A stretch of DNA of 64,000 nucleotides from Burkholderiales bacterium (GCA_035454685.1 DATIGN010000085.1:33125-97124); one strand, 5' to 3'; numbered from the stretch's first letter, positions 8,726-17,835 are shown. The notes: generated by a model not told the origin, from the sequence alone. A program made the numbers and translations.

Positions 8726-9393
8726 AGAGGCCAGGCGCGCTTGTAGTCCTGTACGGGCGCTGAAGCTTTCACTTCGGCAGCATCCAAGAAAGTGATTCGT
8801 TTCGATAACAAAAGCGCTTGCATCTGCATGCGCGCGCTCATCTCGAGATAGATGCAGCGGCCGACGGCGCGCTGCAGGTTCTCGCCGATGACGACTGAGC
8901 CGTGGCCGCGCATCAGCGCCGCGGGCCTCTTCCCCAGGGTTTTCGCGAGCGCCGCTCCAAGCTGTGGTGTTCTTACGAGCAGGTCCGAGCCCTTCTTCGC
9001 CTTGCGGATCTCGAAGTTCGGCAATCCGTCGCCGATAAAGGAAGCCATGTGGAAGAGAGCGCGCATTTTCACGCCGGTCACGCTGAAAGGAACCACCGAC
9101 GGCGAGTGGTTGTGCACCACCGCGATTACGTCGGGTCGCGCGCGGTAGATCTCGCTGTGAATGAAGCGCTCGTTGACCGAGTCGCGCCCGCGCGCGTCCA
9201 GGGCTTGCGCGTCGAGGTCATATTCCAGGATGTCCCCGCGCTGCACCGTCTCCGGGGCGATTGCGCAGGCGAGGAAGAACCGCTTAGGGTCGTCGGGCGA
9301 GCGGATGCTGACATGGCCATACGCGTCGATCACTCCGTACTCCGCCAGGATTCGGTTCGCCGCGACCAGGTCGTCGAGCAGCTCTTCGTTCAT
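8680..9393 (-). CDS. class II aldolase/adducin family protein
   Basis: Track ORF 8680-10359 trimmed to ATG 9393. MNEELLDDLVAANRILAEYGVIDAYGHVSIR ... VVHNHSP ... MRGHGSVVIG carries the conserved His ligands of class II aldolase-like proteins. Confidence 0.85.
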   Translation of the reverse strand: MNEELLDDLVAANRILAEYGVIDAYGHVSIRSPDDPKRFFLACAIAPETVQRGDILEYDLDAQALDARGRDSVNERFIHSEIYRARPDVIAVVHNHSPSVVPFSVTGVKMRALFHMASFIGDGLPNFEIRKAKKGSDLLVRTPQLGAALAKTLGKRPAALMRGHGSVVIGENLQRAVGRCIYLEMSARMQMQALLLSKRITFLDAAEVKASAPVQDYKRAWPLWRDKALARARADRR

Positions 9394-9455
9394 CGCTCCC
9401 TCGGACGAAGTGTGGCGCAGAACCGCGCTGCCGCGGGGAGCAGATTCGAAATTGC

Positions 9456-10412
9456 TCAATCGGCCTTGATTCCTGCCGCGCTCACTACCCTCGCCCAGCG
9501 CTCGAGCTCCCGCTTGAGGAGCTCGCTCAAGCGCTCGGGCGGGCCGCCAACCACGCTCATACCCTGTCGGGAGAGGAGCTCCGAAAGACCGGGATCGGCG
9601 AGGAGGGAGTTCAGGTCGGCGTTGATCTTCGCAACGACGCCGGCGGGAGTTCCCGCGGGTGCGAACGCGCCGTACCAGGTCTCGATTTCGAGCTCCGGCA
9701 GACCTTGCTCTTTGAGCGTCGGAACGTCGGCGAAGGCCTGTGAGCGCTTGGTGCTCAGCACCGCGAGCGCGCGCAGTTGCCCGCTCAGCACTTGCGGCTG
9801 CGCGGTTTGCACCGCGGCGATCGTGGCTTGCACATGCCCGCCCACGACATCGCCGACGGCTCCCGCGGCTGTCTTGTAAGGCACGTGCACGATGTCCATG
9901 CCCAGCTCGAGCTTGAGGAGCTCCATCGCGAGGTGCTGCGGCCCGCCGTTTCCGGGCGACGAGTAGTGCAGCTTGCCCGGCTCGCGCTTCGCGAGCTCGA
10001 TGAGCTCGCGCATCGAGCGCGCGGGGAGCTGCGGGTTGACGACCACCACCAGGCCGCTCGTCGCCACGAGCGCGACCGGTGCGAAGCCCTTCACCGGATC
10101 GAACGGCACTTTGCCGAGCGCCGGCGTGGTGCCGAACGAGGTCGCGACGAAGAGCAACGTGTAGCCGTCGGGCGGGCTCTTCGCCACGAACGCGGCGCCG
10201 ATGTTGCCGGTGGCGCCGGGTTTGTTCTCCGTCACCACGCCGACCTTCCAGCGCTCGGCGAGGCGCGCGCCAAGCAGGCGGGCGAGGATGTCGGCGCCGG
10301 TTCCCGGCGTGTAGGGGACGATGATGTGGACGGCGCGCGAGGGGAAGTCCTGCGCGCAAGCGACTCCGAACGCGAAAGCTGCAGCGAGCGCAACGATTCC
10401 CCTCACGCGCAA
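9456..10412 (-). CDS. Bug/TctC family substrate-binding protein
   Basis: Track ORF 9456-11321 trimmed. (M)RVRGIVALAAAFAFGVACAQ signal peptide, then DFPSRAVHIIVPYTPGTGADILAR, ENKPGATG and PYKTAAG. Start is TTG 10412 or GTG 10406. Confidence 0.85.
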   Translation of the reverse strand: MRVRGIVALAAAFAFGVACAQDFPSRAVHIIVPYTPGTGADILARLLGARLAERWKVGVVTENKPGATGNIGAAFVAKSPPDGYTLLFVATSFGTTPALGKVPFDPVKGFAPVALVATSGLVVVVNPQLPARSMRELIELAKREPGKLHYSSPGNGGPQHLAMELLKLELGMDIVHVPYKTAAGAVGDVVGGHVQATIAAVQTAQPQVLSGQLRALAVLSTKRSQAFADVPTLKEQGLPELEIETWYGAFAPAGTPAGVVAKINADLNSLLADPGLSELLSRQGMSVVGGPPERLSELLKRELERWARVVSAAGIKAD

Positions 10413-11993
10413 AATTATAATCAGCCGATCGATACGGACGTCCTCATCGTCGGCGCAGGCCCGGTCGGGCTCGTTCTCGCCATCGACCTCGGCCGGAGGG
10501 GCGTGCGCTGCACGCTCATCGAGCGCAAGCCCGAGCCGCAGTTCCTTCCGAAGATGGAGCGTTGCAACGCGCGGACGATGGAGATCTTCCGCCGCATGGG
10601 CATCGCGACGCTGGTGCGCGCCGCCGGCCTGCGCGCCGACGTGCCGATGGACGTCTACATCATTCGCGCGATGAACAAGCCCCCGCTCCTGCACCATCCG
10701 TATCCGTCGGTCGCCGAGGCGCGGCGCGAGATCGACGCGTGCACCGACGGCTCCCTGCCGCTCGAGCCCTATCAGCTCATCTCGCAGTACACGCTCGAGC
10801 CGCTTCTCAAATCGGTTGCAGAAAACCTGCCCAGCGTTACCGTCCGCTACGGTTGTGAGTTTCTCTCCTTCAGTCAAGACGCCATGGGCGTCGTTACGCA
10901 GACATCCTCGGACACCATTGCATCCAAATACCTGGTCGGCTGCGACGGCGGTGCAAGCACCGTGCGTCAACAGCTCGGCATCGCGCTCAGCGGCGAAGGC
11001 CACCTGCTGCGTCTTCGGCAGGGCCTCTTCCGCTGCGACGAGCTCTTCGACCGCATCCCGATCGACGGCGGCCCGGGGCACGGCCGGCACTACCACGTCG
11101 CCGACGAGCGCTCTACCTTCCTCATCATGCAGGACTCGACGCTCCACTGGACGCTGCACGCCGTGCTTGACGACGACGCGGCGATGGCGCCGCAGTTCGA
11201 GAGCACGATCGGGGTGCCGGTGAAATACGAGATGCTCTACGTGGGCGAGTGGAAGCAGAACCTGCTTCTCGCCGACCACTACGGGCGCGGGCGCGTGTTC
11301 CTTGCCGGCGATGCGGTGCACCTTGTGATCCCGACCGGCGGCCTAGGGATGAATAGCGGCGTGGGCGACGCCATCGACCTCGGCTGGAAGCTCGCCGCGA
11401 CGCTGCACGGCTGGGGCGGGCCGAAGCTCCTCGCCTCGTACGAGGCCGAGCGCCGGCCGATCGGCGCGCGCAACGTCTCGGCTTCGCGCTATGCCTCGCT
11501 GGGGCGGCGCAAGTGGCGCGCGCTGTGGCGCGACCTCGACGAGCTCGTCCGTGTGGCCGAGGTCGAGCAGCGCAAATCGAACGAAATGATCGGCGCCGAG
11601 CTCAGCTACCGCTACGCCGGCTCGCCCATCATCGCCGACGAGCCGGGCGGGCCCGAGGACGACTTCCGTCGCTACATCCCGACCACCTGGCCCGGCGCGC
11701 GCCTGCCGCACGTATGGCTCGACGGCCACGTCGCGATCCAGGACCGCATCCCGGAGGGCTATGCGCTGTTACGGCTTGCGTCCCGCGATGCGGATGTGTC
11801 GGGGCTAGAAAGCGCGATGAGAGCGCTGGGCGCGCCATTTCAAGTGCTCGACATTGCGGACGCCATGGCCCGCGAGGTCTACGGGGTCGACCTCATCCTC
11901 CTGCGTCCCGACTTGCACGTCGCCTGGCGCGGCAACCAGCCTGCGGCCGACCCCGTGCGGCTTGCGCGGCTCGTAACCGGCCATTCGGCATAG
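10326..11993 (+). CDS. FAD-dependent aromatic-ring monooxygenase (PheA/TfdB-type); start codon uncertain
   Basis: Track ORF 9777-11993 trimmed. Homology begins near 10428 (IDTDVLIVGAGPVGLVLAIDLGRRGV Rossmann motif), followed by GCDGGASTVR and FLAGDAVHLVIPTGGLGMNSGVGDAIDLGWKL. No ATG/GTG/TTG lies in frame between 10329 and the GxGxxG. GTG 10326 is the nearest canonical start and overlaps the divergent Bug gene. Confidence 0.8.
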   Translation: MDGARGEVLRASDSERESCSERNDSPHAQNYNQPIDTDVLIVGAGPVGLVLAIDLGRRGVRCTLIERKPEPQFLPKMERCNARTMEIFRRMGIATLVRAAGLRADVPMDVYIIRAMNKPPLLHHPYPSVAEARREIDACTDGSLPLEPYQLISQYTLEPLLKSVAENLPSVTVRYGCEFLSFSQDAMGVVTQTSSDTIASKYLVGCDGGASTVRQQLGIALSGEGHLLRLRQGLFRCDELFDRIPIDGGPGHGRHYHVADERSTFLIMQDSTLHWTLHAVLDDDAAMAPQFESTIGVPVKYEMLYVGEWKQNLLLADHYGRGRVFLAGDAVHLVIPTGGLGMNSGVGDAIDLGWKLAATLHGWGGPKLLASYEAERRPIGARNVSASRYASLGRRKWRALWRDLDELVRVAEVEQRKSNEMIGAELSYRYAGSPIIADEPGGPEDDFRRYIPTTWPGARLPHVWLDGHVAIQDRIPEGYALLRLASRDADVSGLESAMRALGAPFQVLDIADAMAREVYGVDLILLRPDLHVAWRGNQPAADPVRLARLVTGHSA

Positions 11994-12215
11994 TGGCCGA
12001 GAAAGACAGATTTGCGCTGGACTCGACCCACGCATGTGCATATCCAGTTAGGCTTCTGTCATGAGGTTCACATGGCGTCGGGCAGACAGCGCGACAGTCT
12101 TACAGATCAGGACAAACGCTCTAAAGTGTGTAGACGGTTCCATCGGGCTGTTTCTGCGGGCAAATCAAGTAATCGAGTAGGCTCCAATACGGCAGATCTT
12201 GATGAGGGATCGTTC

Positions 12216-13028
12216 ATGGCTGTCAGTCTGAAAGCGCACTATTCGGCCCACGATATCGAGGCGCGAATCCTCGCTGCTCTCCGCGAGGCCGGATTGAATC
12301 CCGAGCAGCGCCTGTCGCCCGAGGAGCTGGCGGCGCTGGATCATTTCCACACCGGCGGGCTGCGAGCTTCGCGCGAGTTGCAGGAGCTGGCGCAGATTCG
12401 GGGCGAGGACCGCGTTCTCGATATTGGCGCCGGGCTGGCCGGTCCTGCCCGGCTGCTCGCTGCTGCGCTCGGCTGCCGTGTCGACTGCATCGAATTGTCG
12501 CCCGATTACTGCGCGGGCGCGGTACTGCTGAATCGGCTAACCGGCCTTGAGGACCGAATCGAAGTGCACAAGGGCAGCGCTCTCGACCTGCCCTTTCCCG
12601 ACGATGCGTTCGATGTCGTCTGGATGCAGAACGTCGGCATGAACATCGCCGACAAGCGTAGGCTCTACAGGGAGATCCACCGGGTCCTCAAGCCGGGCGG
12701 CCGGTACGCCTTCCAGGAGATGGCTGCCGGGAAAGCGGCCACGTCCTACTTTCCGCTCCCGTGGGCCACCGACCCCTCCGACAACTTCCTTGTCTCTACC
12801 GAAGAGATGCAATCGGCTCTCGGCGAGAGCGGATTCATCGCTGAACTGTTCGAGGATACGAGTGACGTTCACTTGGGCAGGACTACCGCAAACGCCACGC
12901 CCGCTGCGCCGGGACAGCTGGGCTTGGCGGTGTTCGTCGACAATCTCGCGCAAAAGGCCGCGAACGCACGACGCAGTCTTGAGGAAGGCCAGGTCCGGCT
13001 TGTCAGAGGCGTCTTCCGGGTGCAATGA
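12216..13028 (+). CDS. class I SAM-dependent methyltransferase
   Basis: Track ORF trimmed to ATG 12216 (GAGGGA Shine-Dalgarno). VLDIGAGLAGPARLLA (motif I), DVVWMQNV and LKPGGRYAF are typical of Methyltransf_11/25-type enzymes. Confidence 0.8.
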   Translation: MAVSLKAHYSAHDIEARILAALREAGLNPEQRLSPEELAALDHFHTGGLRASRELQELAQIRGEDRVLDIGAGLAGPARLLAAALGCRVDCIELSPDYCAGAVLLNRLTGLEDRIEVHKGSALDLPFPDDAFDVVWMQNVGMNIADKRRLYREIHRVLKPGGRYAFQEMAAGKAATSYFPLPWATDPSDNFLVSTEEMQSALGESGFIAELFEDTSDVHLGRTTANATPAAPGQLGLAVFVDNLAQKAANARRSLEEGQVRLVRGVFRVQ

Positions 13029-13441
13029 ACACCATGGCAACCCGCCGTAGACGCAAGTCGAAATCGCTCGCCGCACAAGCCATAGAGCTCGGAGTCGCCG
13101 CGCCCCAGGTCATCGCGCTTCGGGCCGCCCGAATCGCCGCCGCCGGCGCATCGCCGTCTGCGCGCGATCGCGAAGAGTTTTACCGCATGGGCGCGGAGAA
13201 GTGGCTCGCCCTCAACGAAGCCTGGAACTCCATGGCGGCGCAGGCCTTTCTTGAAAATCAGAAACTCGCGCTTTCATTCGTTCAATCCCTGTGGTTCCCC
13301 TGGACCCATCCCAGCTCCGCCAAAGCTGCATCAAAAAAGCTGACTCGCGCTGGGCTGGGCATCCTCGGCAAGGGGATGGCCCCTTATCGTCGTCGTGCAG
13401 TCGCGAATGCAAAGCGCTTGGGTCGCACCAAGCGGAAGTAG
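13025..13441 (+). CDS. small helical protein with basic termini (phasin-like; often auto-annotated as antifreeze protein)
   Basis: 138 aa. ATGA overlap with the methyltransferase stop supports expression. AAPQVIALRAARIAAAG...EEFYRMGAEKWLA resembles a family I recall only by its vague annotations. Arg/Lys-rich N and C termini. Confidence 0.5.
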   Translation: MNTMATRRRRKSKSLAAQAIELGVAAPQVIALRAARIAAAGASPSARDREEFYRMGAEKWLALNEAWNSMAAQAFLENQKLALSFVQSLWFPWTHPSSAKAASKKLTRAGLGILGKGMAPYRRRAVANAKRLGRTKRK

Positions 13442-13580
13442 GGCGGTGCATCTCCGGCCCCTTTGTGAATACGACGTGCCCGCGCAAGCGTTCATGGCCA
13501 TAGAGCTCGGGCCACACGCTTTACGCGACGCCGCGGGCATCGTGTCGTACCACCCGGCGTTCGCCGGGTTATGACGGGCA

Positions 13581-14759
13581 TCAATGCCCTGCCAGATGGT
13601 TCCACTTCGGCAGCAGCACGATGCTGTTCGGGTTGTACCCCTTGTTCTTCAGCGTATCGACGCTGCCGATGACTTTCTGCTCCTTGAGGTCGACGATCGT
13701 GATCGAGCCGTCGCTCATGCCTGGAAGGTTAAGCAGCGCGTTTTGCACGAAGGCGTAGCGCCAGTCCTTGGTGAACGCCACGTGATGCGCGCCCTCGGCG
13801 GCGGGGATCGACTTGACCAGCTTCGGCTTCCCGGGGCCGGCCTTGAGGTCGAAGATATGCAGATGCCCGGGCTTGGCGGTCGTGACGTACATCAGGTCGG
13901 ACTTCGGGCTGAAATAGATCTCGAGAGGGACGCCGGCTTTCTGCGCCGAGAAGTCATGCGCCAGGGTGATGTCGAAGCTCTTCTTCTGCGCGCTCCAACT
14001 CGCGGTCCAAAGAGAGCCGCCGTACATGTTCGTGACATAGGCCACCGGCGTCTTGGCGCCCGGAACGAAGAGTATCTCCACCGGCGCTTCGCCCGCCGGC
14101 GACGCCTTCTTCGAGACCTTGTAGCTGTCCAGCACCTTGCCGGTGCTTGCCTCGATGGCGGTGATGGTTTCGCCCGCATCGCCGAGGTCGCTCGCGCGCA
14201 CCGTGCTGGTCACCAGGATGCGGTCGATGCCGTCGTGAATGGCGATGCCGTGCGGGTAGGGCTTGGAGAGCTTGACCGTCTGGATCGGCTTGTCGGCCTC
14301 GGCGTCGCCCACGATCATCGCCTGGCTGCCCATGCAGGTAAGGAACCAGCGGCGATTGTCCTTTGAAAACACGACATCCTCACCGACCTGGCAGTCGGGC
14401 ACGGCGATGGTCTTCAGCGCGAGCGGCTGCTTGCGCATGTCCATCACGCGCAGCTCAGGCTTACCGAGCGCGGTGATGTAGGCTTTCGTCTGGTCCCGGT
14501 TGTAGAAGATGTGGTGGGCGACGAGATCGCCGGGCAGCTCGAGATCCTGGACGATCTGCCCGAAGGTCTTCGATTTCGGGTCGACGTCGATGATCGCGAT
14601 GCCTTCCTTGCGCGCTGGCGCGGCGATCGGCGTCTTCAGGACTTTCAGGGACTCGGGAGACTTCGTTTCATAATTGACCATCGCATGGATCTGCGCCGAC
14701 ACGAGCGACGGTGCGAGCGCGAGCGCGGTGCCTAAGAGCGTTGCATAGGGGATTGACAT
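13581..14759 (-). CDS. secreted beta-propeller repeat protein (YVTN-like)
   Basis: 392 aa. Signal peptide MSIPYATLLGTALALAPSLVSAQ and good AAGGGAG Shine-Dalgarno. Repeated strand-rich blades (AYITALG, RILVTSTV, AYVTNMYGG, MYVTTAKPGHLHIFDL, YAFVQNAL). C-terminus is WNHLAGH. Confidence 0.7.
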   Translation of the reverse strand: MSIPYATLLGTALALAPSLVSAQIHAMVNYETKSPESLKVLKTPIAAPARKEGIAIIDVDPKSKTFGQIVQDLELPGDLVAHHIFYNRDQTKAYITALGKPELRVMDMRKQPLALKTIAVPDCQVGEDVVFSKDNRRWFLTCMGSQAMIVGDAEADKPIQTVKLSKPYPHGIAIHDGIDRILVTSTVRASDLGDAGETITAIEASTGKVLDSYKVSKKASPAGEAPVEILFVPGAKTPVAYVTNMYGGSLWTASWSAQKKSFDITLAHDFSAQKAGVPLEIYFSPKSDLMYVTTAKPGHLHIFDLKAGPGKPKLVKSIPAAEGAHHVAFTKDWRYAFVQNALLNLPGMSDGSITIVDLKEQKVIGSVDTLKNKGYNPNSIVLLPKWNHLAGH

Positions 14760-14779
14760 TGATTCTCCCTTCCGGCGCG

Positions 14780-16189
14780 ATGATACGCCCGTCTCCGCGG
14801 TTGCGAGCGCTCGCGTTCGCAGCCGCGCTGCTGTTTCCCGCGCTCGCCCGGGCGCACGGTTTCGGCACCCGCTACGAGTTGCCGCTGCCCCTCGCGGTCT
14901 ACCTCACGAGCGCGGCTCTGACGATCCTCCTGTCGTTCCTCGCCATGGCTTGGTTTTCCCGCCGTGCCGTCACGGTCGGCGAAGGACTCCGCCTAAACGT
15001 GCTGGCCACGCTGCCCGGCCGGGTGCTCGCATCGGCCCCGGCGCTCTTTTTCCTGCGGCTCGCGGCCGTGGCGATATTCGTCCTGGTGGTCTGCGCCGGG
15101 CTGCTCGGCTCGCAGAGTCCGCTCAAGAACATCGCGCCGGCGTTCGTCTGGGCGCTGTGGTGGGTCGGCATGACCTACATATCGGCCCTCGCCGGCGACC
15201 TGTGGGCCTTGTTGAACCCACTCGACACCCTGTTCCGCTGGGCCGAGGCGGCATATGCGCGCCTACGCCCGCTCCGGCGCCTGTCGCTCGATTTGCCGTA
15301 CCCGCATTCGGCAGGTATGTGGCCCGCGGCGGCGCTGTTTCTCGTCTTCGTCTGGATGGAGCTGGTCTGGGAAGGCGCTGACCGGCCGGCGAGTTTGTCC
15401 CTTGCCATGATGGCCTATGCAGCGCTGACGTGGACCGGCATGCTGCTTTTCGGCAGGCGCGAATGGTTGCGCCGCGGCGAGGTGTTCGCGATCGTGTTCG
15501 GCCTGATCGCTCGTTTTTCGCCGACGCGAGCGCGCGAGATCGACGGGCGGTGGGAGTGGAACCTGCGGCCCTACGCGGTCGGTCTGCTGGCGCGCGAGCC
15601 GGCAGGGGCGTCGGAAGTGGCGCTGGTCGTCTTCATGCTCGCCGCCGTGACCTTCGACGGCCTGCGCGAGACCCCGCTATGGGCTGCTGCAGGCCTGGCC
15701 GATACGATCGGGCTGCTCGGCGCGGCGCTGCTCATGCTCGCGGCCTACCTGCTGGTATGCAGGGCGATGGTCCTTCTGGGTGAAAACCTCCAGACCTGGC
15801 GCAGAACGGCGGGACTCTTCATTTTCACGCTCATTCCGATCGCCATCGCCTACCACCTCGCTCACTACCTTTCTTTCCTGGTGACCATCCTGCAGTACTT
15901 GATTCCGCTCGCTTCCGATCCGCTCGGCCGCGGCTGGGATCTCTTCGGCGGCGCGACGCATTTCGTGAGGCCGGGAATCGTGGACGCGAAAACGGTGTGG
16001 TATGTCGCCGTGCCGGCGATCGTGATAGCACACGTGCTCGCCGTGTGCCTCGCGCACCTGCTCGCGCTGCGCGAATTCCCCGGCCGGCGTGCGGCGTTGC
16101 GCAGCCAGTACCCCATGGTCGCGCTGATGATCGCTTATACGATGAGTAGCTTGTGGATCATCGCCCAGCCCATCGTGACGGAGCGTTGA
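14780..16189 (+). CDS. polytopic inner-membrane protein of unknown function (about 11-12 TM helices)
   Basis: Track ORF 14711-16189 trimmed to ATG 14780. Predicted signal peptide MIRPSPRLRALAFAAALLFPALARA, then HGFGTRYELPLP. Many hydrophobic helices, two with paired His (AYHLAHYL, IAHVLAVCLAHLL). Confidence 0.65.
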   Translation: MIRPSPRLRALAFAAALLFPALARAHGFGTRYELPLPLAVYLTSAALTILLSFLAMAWFSRRAVTVGEGLRLNVLATLPGRVLASAPALFFLRLAAVAIFVLVVCAGLLGSQSPLKNIAPAFVWALWWVGMTYISALAGDLWALLNPLDTLFRWAEAAYARLRPLRRLSLDLPYPHSAGMWPAAALFLVFVWMELVWEGADRPASLSLAMMAYAALTWTGMLLFGRREWLRRGEVFAIVFGLIARFSPTRAREIDGRWEWNLRPYAVGLLAREPAGASEVALVVFMLAAVTFDGLRETPLWAAAGLADTIGLLGAALLMLAAYLLVCRAMVLLGENLQTWRRTAGLFIFTLIPIAIAYHLAHYLSFLVTILQYLIPLASDPLGRGWDLFGGATHFVRPGIVDAKTVWYVAVPAIVIAHVLAVCLAHLLALREFPGRRAALRSQYPMVALMIAYTMSSLWIIAQPIVTER

Positions 16190-16217
16190 AGTAGACTTCT
16201 GCGGCGAGGAGGCCGAC

Positions 16218-17267
16218 ATGTTTCTGACGAACTGCTGGTACGTCGCGGCGTGGGACCACGAGCTCATCGACGGCAGGTTCCTCGCGCGCACTATCCTTGA
16301 GAAGCCGGTGGTGCTTTACCGCGGCGATAGCGGGCGGGTCGTGGCGCTTGACGACCGCTGCTGCCATCGCGGCGCGAGGCTCTCGAACGGCAGGCGCGAG
16401 GGCGACGACGTGCGCTGCATGTACCACGGCCTCAAGTTCGACCCCAGCGGCAAATGCATCCAGATCCCGGGACAAGACAACATCCCGCCCAAGCTCGGAG
16501 TGCGCAGCTACCCCGTGGTGGAGCGGCAGCACCTGGTCTGGATCTGGATGGGCGAGCCGGCAAAAGCGGATCCGGCGAAGATTTTCCACTTCACCTATCT
16601 CAGCGACCCGGCCTGGCGCGGCAAGCCGGACTACATGCACTACAAGGCGAACTACCTCCTGATCGTCGACAACCTGAGCGACTTCGCACACCTCGCGTTC
16701 GTGCACACGAAGACCCTCGGCGGCTCGGAGGAATACGCCTACAAGTCCAGGCCGACGGCGATCGAGCGCCTGGCCGACGGCTTCCGCGTCGAGCGCTGGC
16801 ACATGAACGCCGATGCACCGCCGTTCCATAAAAAAGTGGTCCGCGACGCCGGAAAGCTGGACCGCCGCAACATCGCACGCATGTACGTCCCGGGCGTGTT
16901 CTTCATGGAGACGCTGTTCTCGCCCGCGGGGTCCGGCGCGGAAAAGGGCAACTTCGAAGGCGCGCGCCAGTACCGCAACTGCCAGTTCTTCACCCCCGAG
17001 ACTCGTCGCACGACGCACTTCTTCTGGGACTACCTGCACGACTACGATTTGCACGACCCCACGATCGCGCTCTCGCTGAACAAGAGCATGATCGAGGGCT
17101 TCCTCGAGGACAAGTTCATCATCGAGGGCCAGCAGGAAACACTCGACGCCGATCCTGACTTCAAGATGAACGCGATCGTCGCCGACGCGCCACTCGCGCA
17201 TTTCCGGCGCACGCTCGCGAAGCTGATTGATGCCGAGCGCGGGCAGTCGCAGCCGGCGGCGGCGTAG
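16218..17267 (+). CDS. Rieske [2Fe-2S] aromatic oxygenase, VanA-like (class IA oxygenase/demethylase component)
   Basis: 349 aa. Rieske motif CCHRGARLS...CMYHGLKF, non-heme iron motif NLSDFAHLAFVH, and N-terminus MFLTNCWYVAAW typical of the vanillate demethylase oxygenase family. GGAGG Shine-Dalgarno. No reductase partner nearby. Confidence 0.9.
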   Translation: MFLTNCWYVAAWDHELIDGRFLARTILEKPVVLYRGDSGRVVALDDRCCHRGARLSNGRREGDDVRCMYHGLKFDPSGKCIQIPGQDNIPPKLGVRSYPVVERQHLVWIWMGEPAKADPAKIFHFTYLSDPAWRGKPDYMHYKANYLLIVDNLSDFAHLAFVHTKTLGGSEEYAYKSRPTAIERLADGFRVERWHMNADAPPFHKKVVRDAGKLDRRNIARMYVPGVFFMETLFSPAGSGAEKGNFEGARQYRNCQFFTPETRRTTHFFWDYLHDYDLHDPTIALSLNKSMIEGFLEDKFIIEGQQETLDADPDFKMNAIVADAPLAHFRRTLAKLIDAERGQSQPAAA

Positions 17268-17316
17268 CGAATGCGGACATGGCGAACGGCAGGCTGGTTG
17301 TACATAGGAGGGAAAA

Positions 17317-17802
17317 ATGCGTAGGACCACGATTGCACACAACAGCCTGAAGATTCTCATGGCATTCGCTCTAAGCGCCTGCTCCGGCCTGCAGCGTGAC
17401 CCGCTTCAGGTCACTGTCGCCGACATCGAATCATTGCCCGGAGAAGGACTGGAAATGCGGATGCTGGTCAAGCTGCGGGTCCAGAATCCGAACGATGCGC
17501 CGATTGAGTACAACGGCGTCTATCTGAAATTGGACGTCTTGGACAAGCCCTTTGCCACGGGTGTCAGTGACGAGAGTGGCAGCGTACCCCGGTTTGGGGA
17601 GTCTATCGTCAGCGTGCCGCTCACGGTATCGACGCTGCACGTCGTGCTCGGGGCGGTCGGCATGCTCGGCGGCGGGCCCATTGAGAAGGTCCGCTACCGG
17701 ATGGAAGGCAAACTCAGCGGCTCGGCGTTTAGCTCGACCAGATTTCAGGCGGATGGTGAGCTGGCGCTGCCGAGCACGACCTCTCCCAAATCGACGCCGT
17801 AG
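17317..17802 (+). CDS. LEA type 2 / WHy-domain lipoprotein
   Basis: 161 aa. Lipobox LSAC at residues 19-22. LQVTVADIESL...LRVQNPNDAPIEYNGVYLKLDV resembles the LEA14/WHy beta-sandwich. Confidence 0.7.
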   Translation: MRRTTIAHNSLKILMAFALSACSGLQRDPLQVTVADIESLPGEGLEMRMLVKLRVQNPNDAPIEYNGVYLKLDVLDKPFATGVSDESGSVPRFGESIVSVPLTVSTLHVVLGAVGMLGGGPIEKVRYRMEGKLSGSAFSSTRFQADGELALPSTTSPKSTP

Positions 17803-17806
17803 GAGA

Positions 17807-17835
17807 GTCGTTTTTTGGGCCTTGAAAGAAACGAC
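17807..17835 (+). terminator. possible weak stem-loop after the LEA-type gene
   Basis: GTCGTTTTTT (17807-17816) pairs with AAGAAACGAC (17826-17835), including one G-U pair, with a 9-nt loop. It starts 5 nt after the stop codon. No U-tract follows, so terminator function is doubtful. Confidence 0.25.

Noticed and set aside
14711-14779. Upstream ATG 14711 as the start of the polytopic membrane protein
   Set aside because: It would add an Arg-rich 23-residue extension and overlap the divergent beta-propeller gene by 49 nt. ATG 14780 gives a normal signal-peptide-like N-terminus. This remains uncertain because 14780 has no obvious Shine-Dalgarno.
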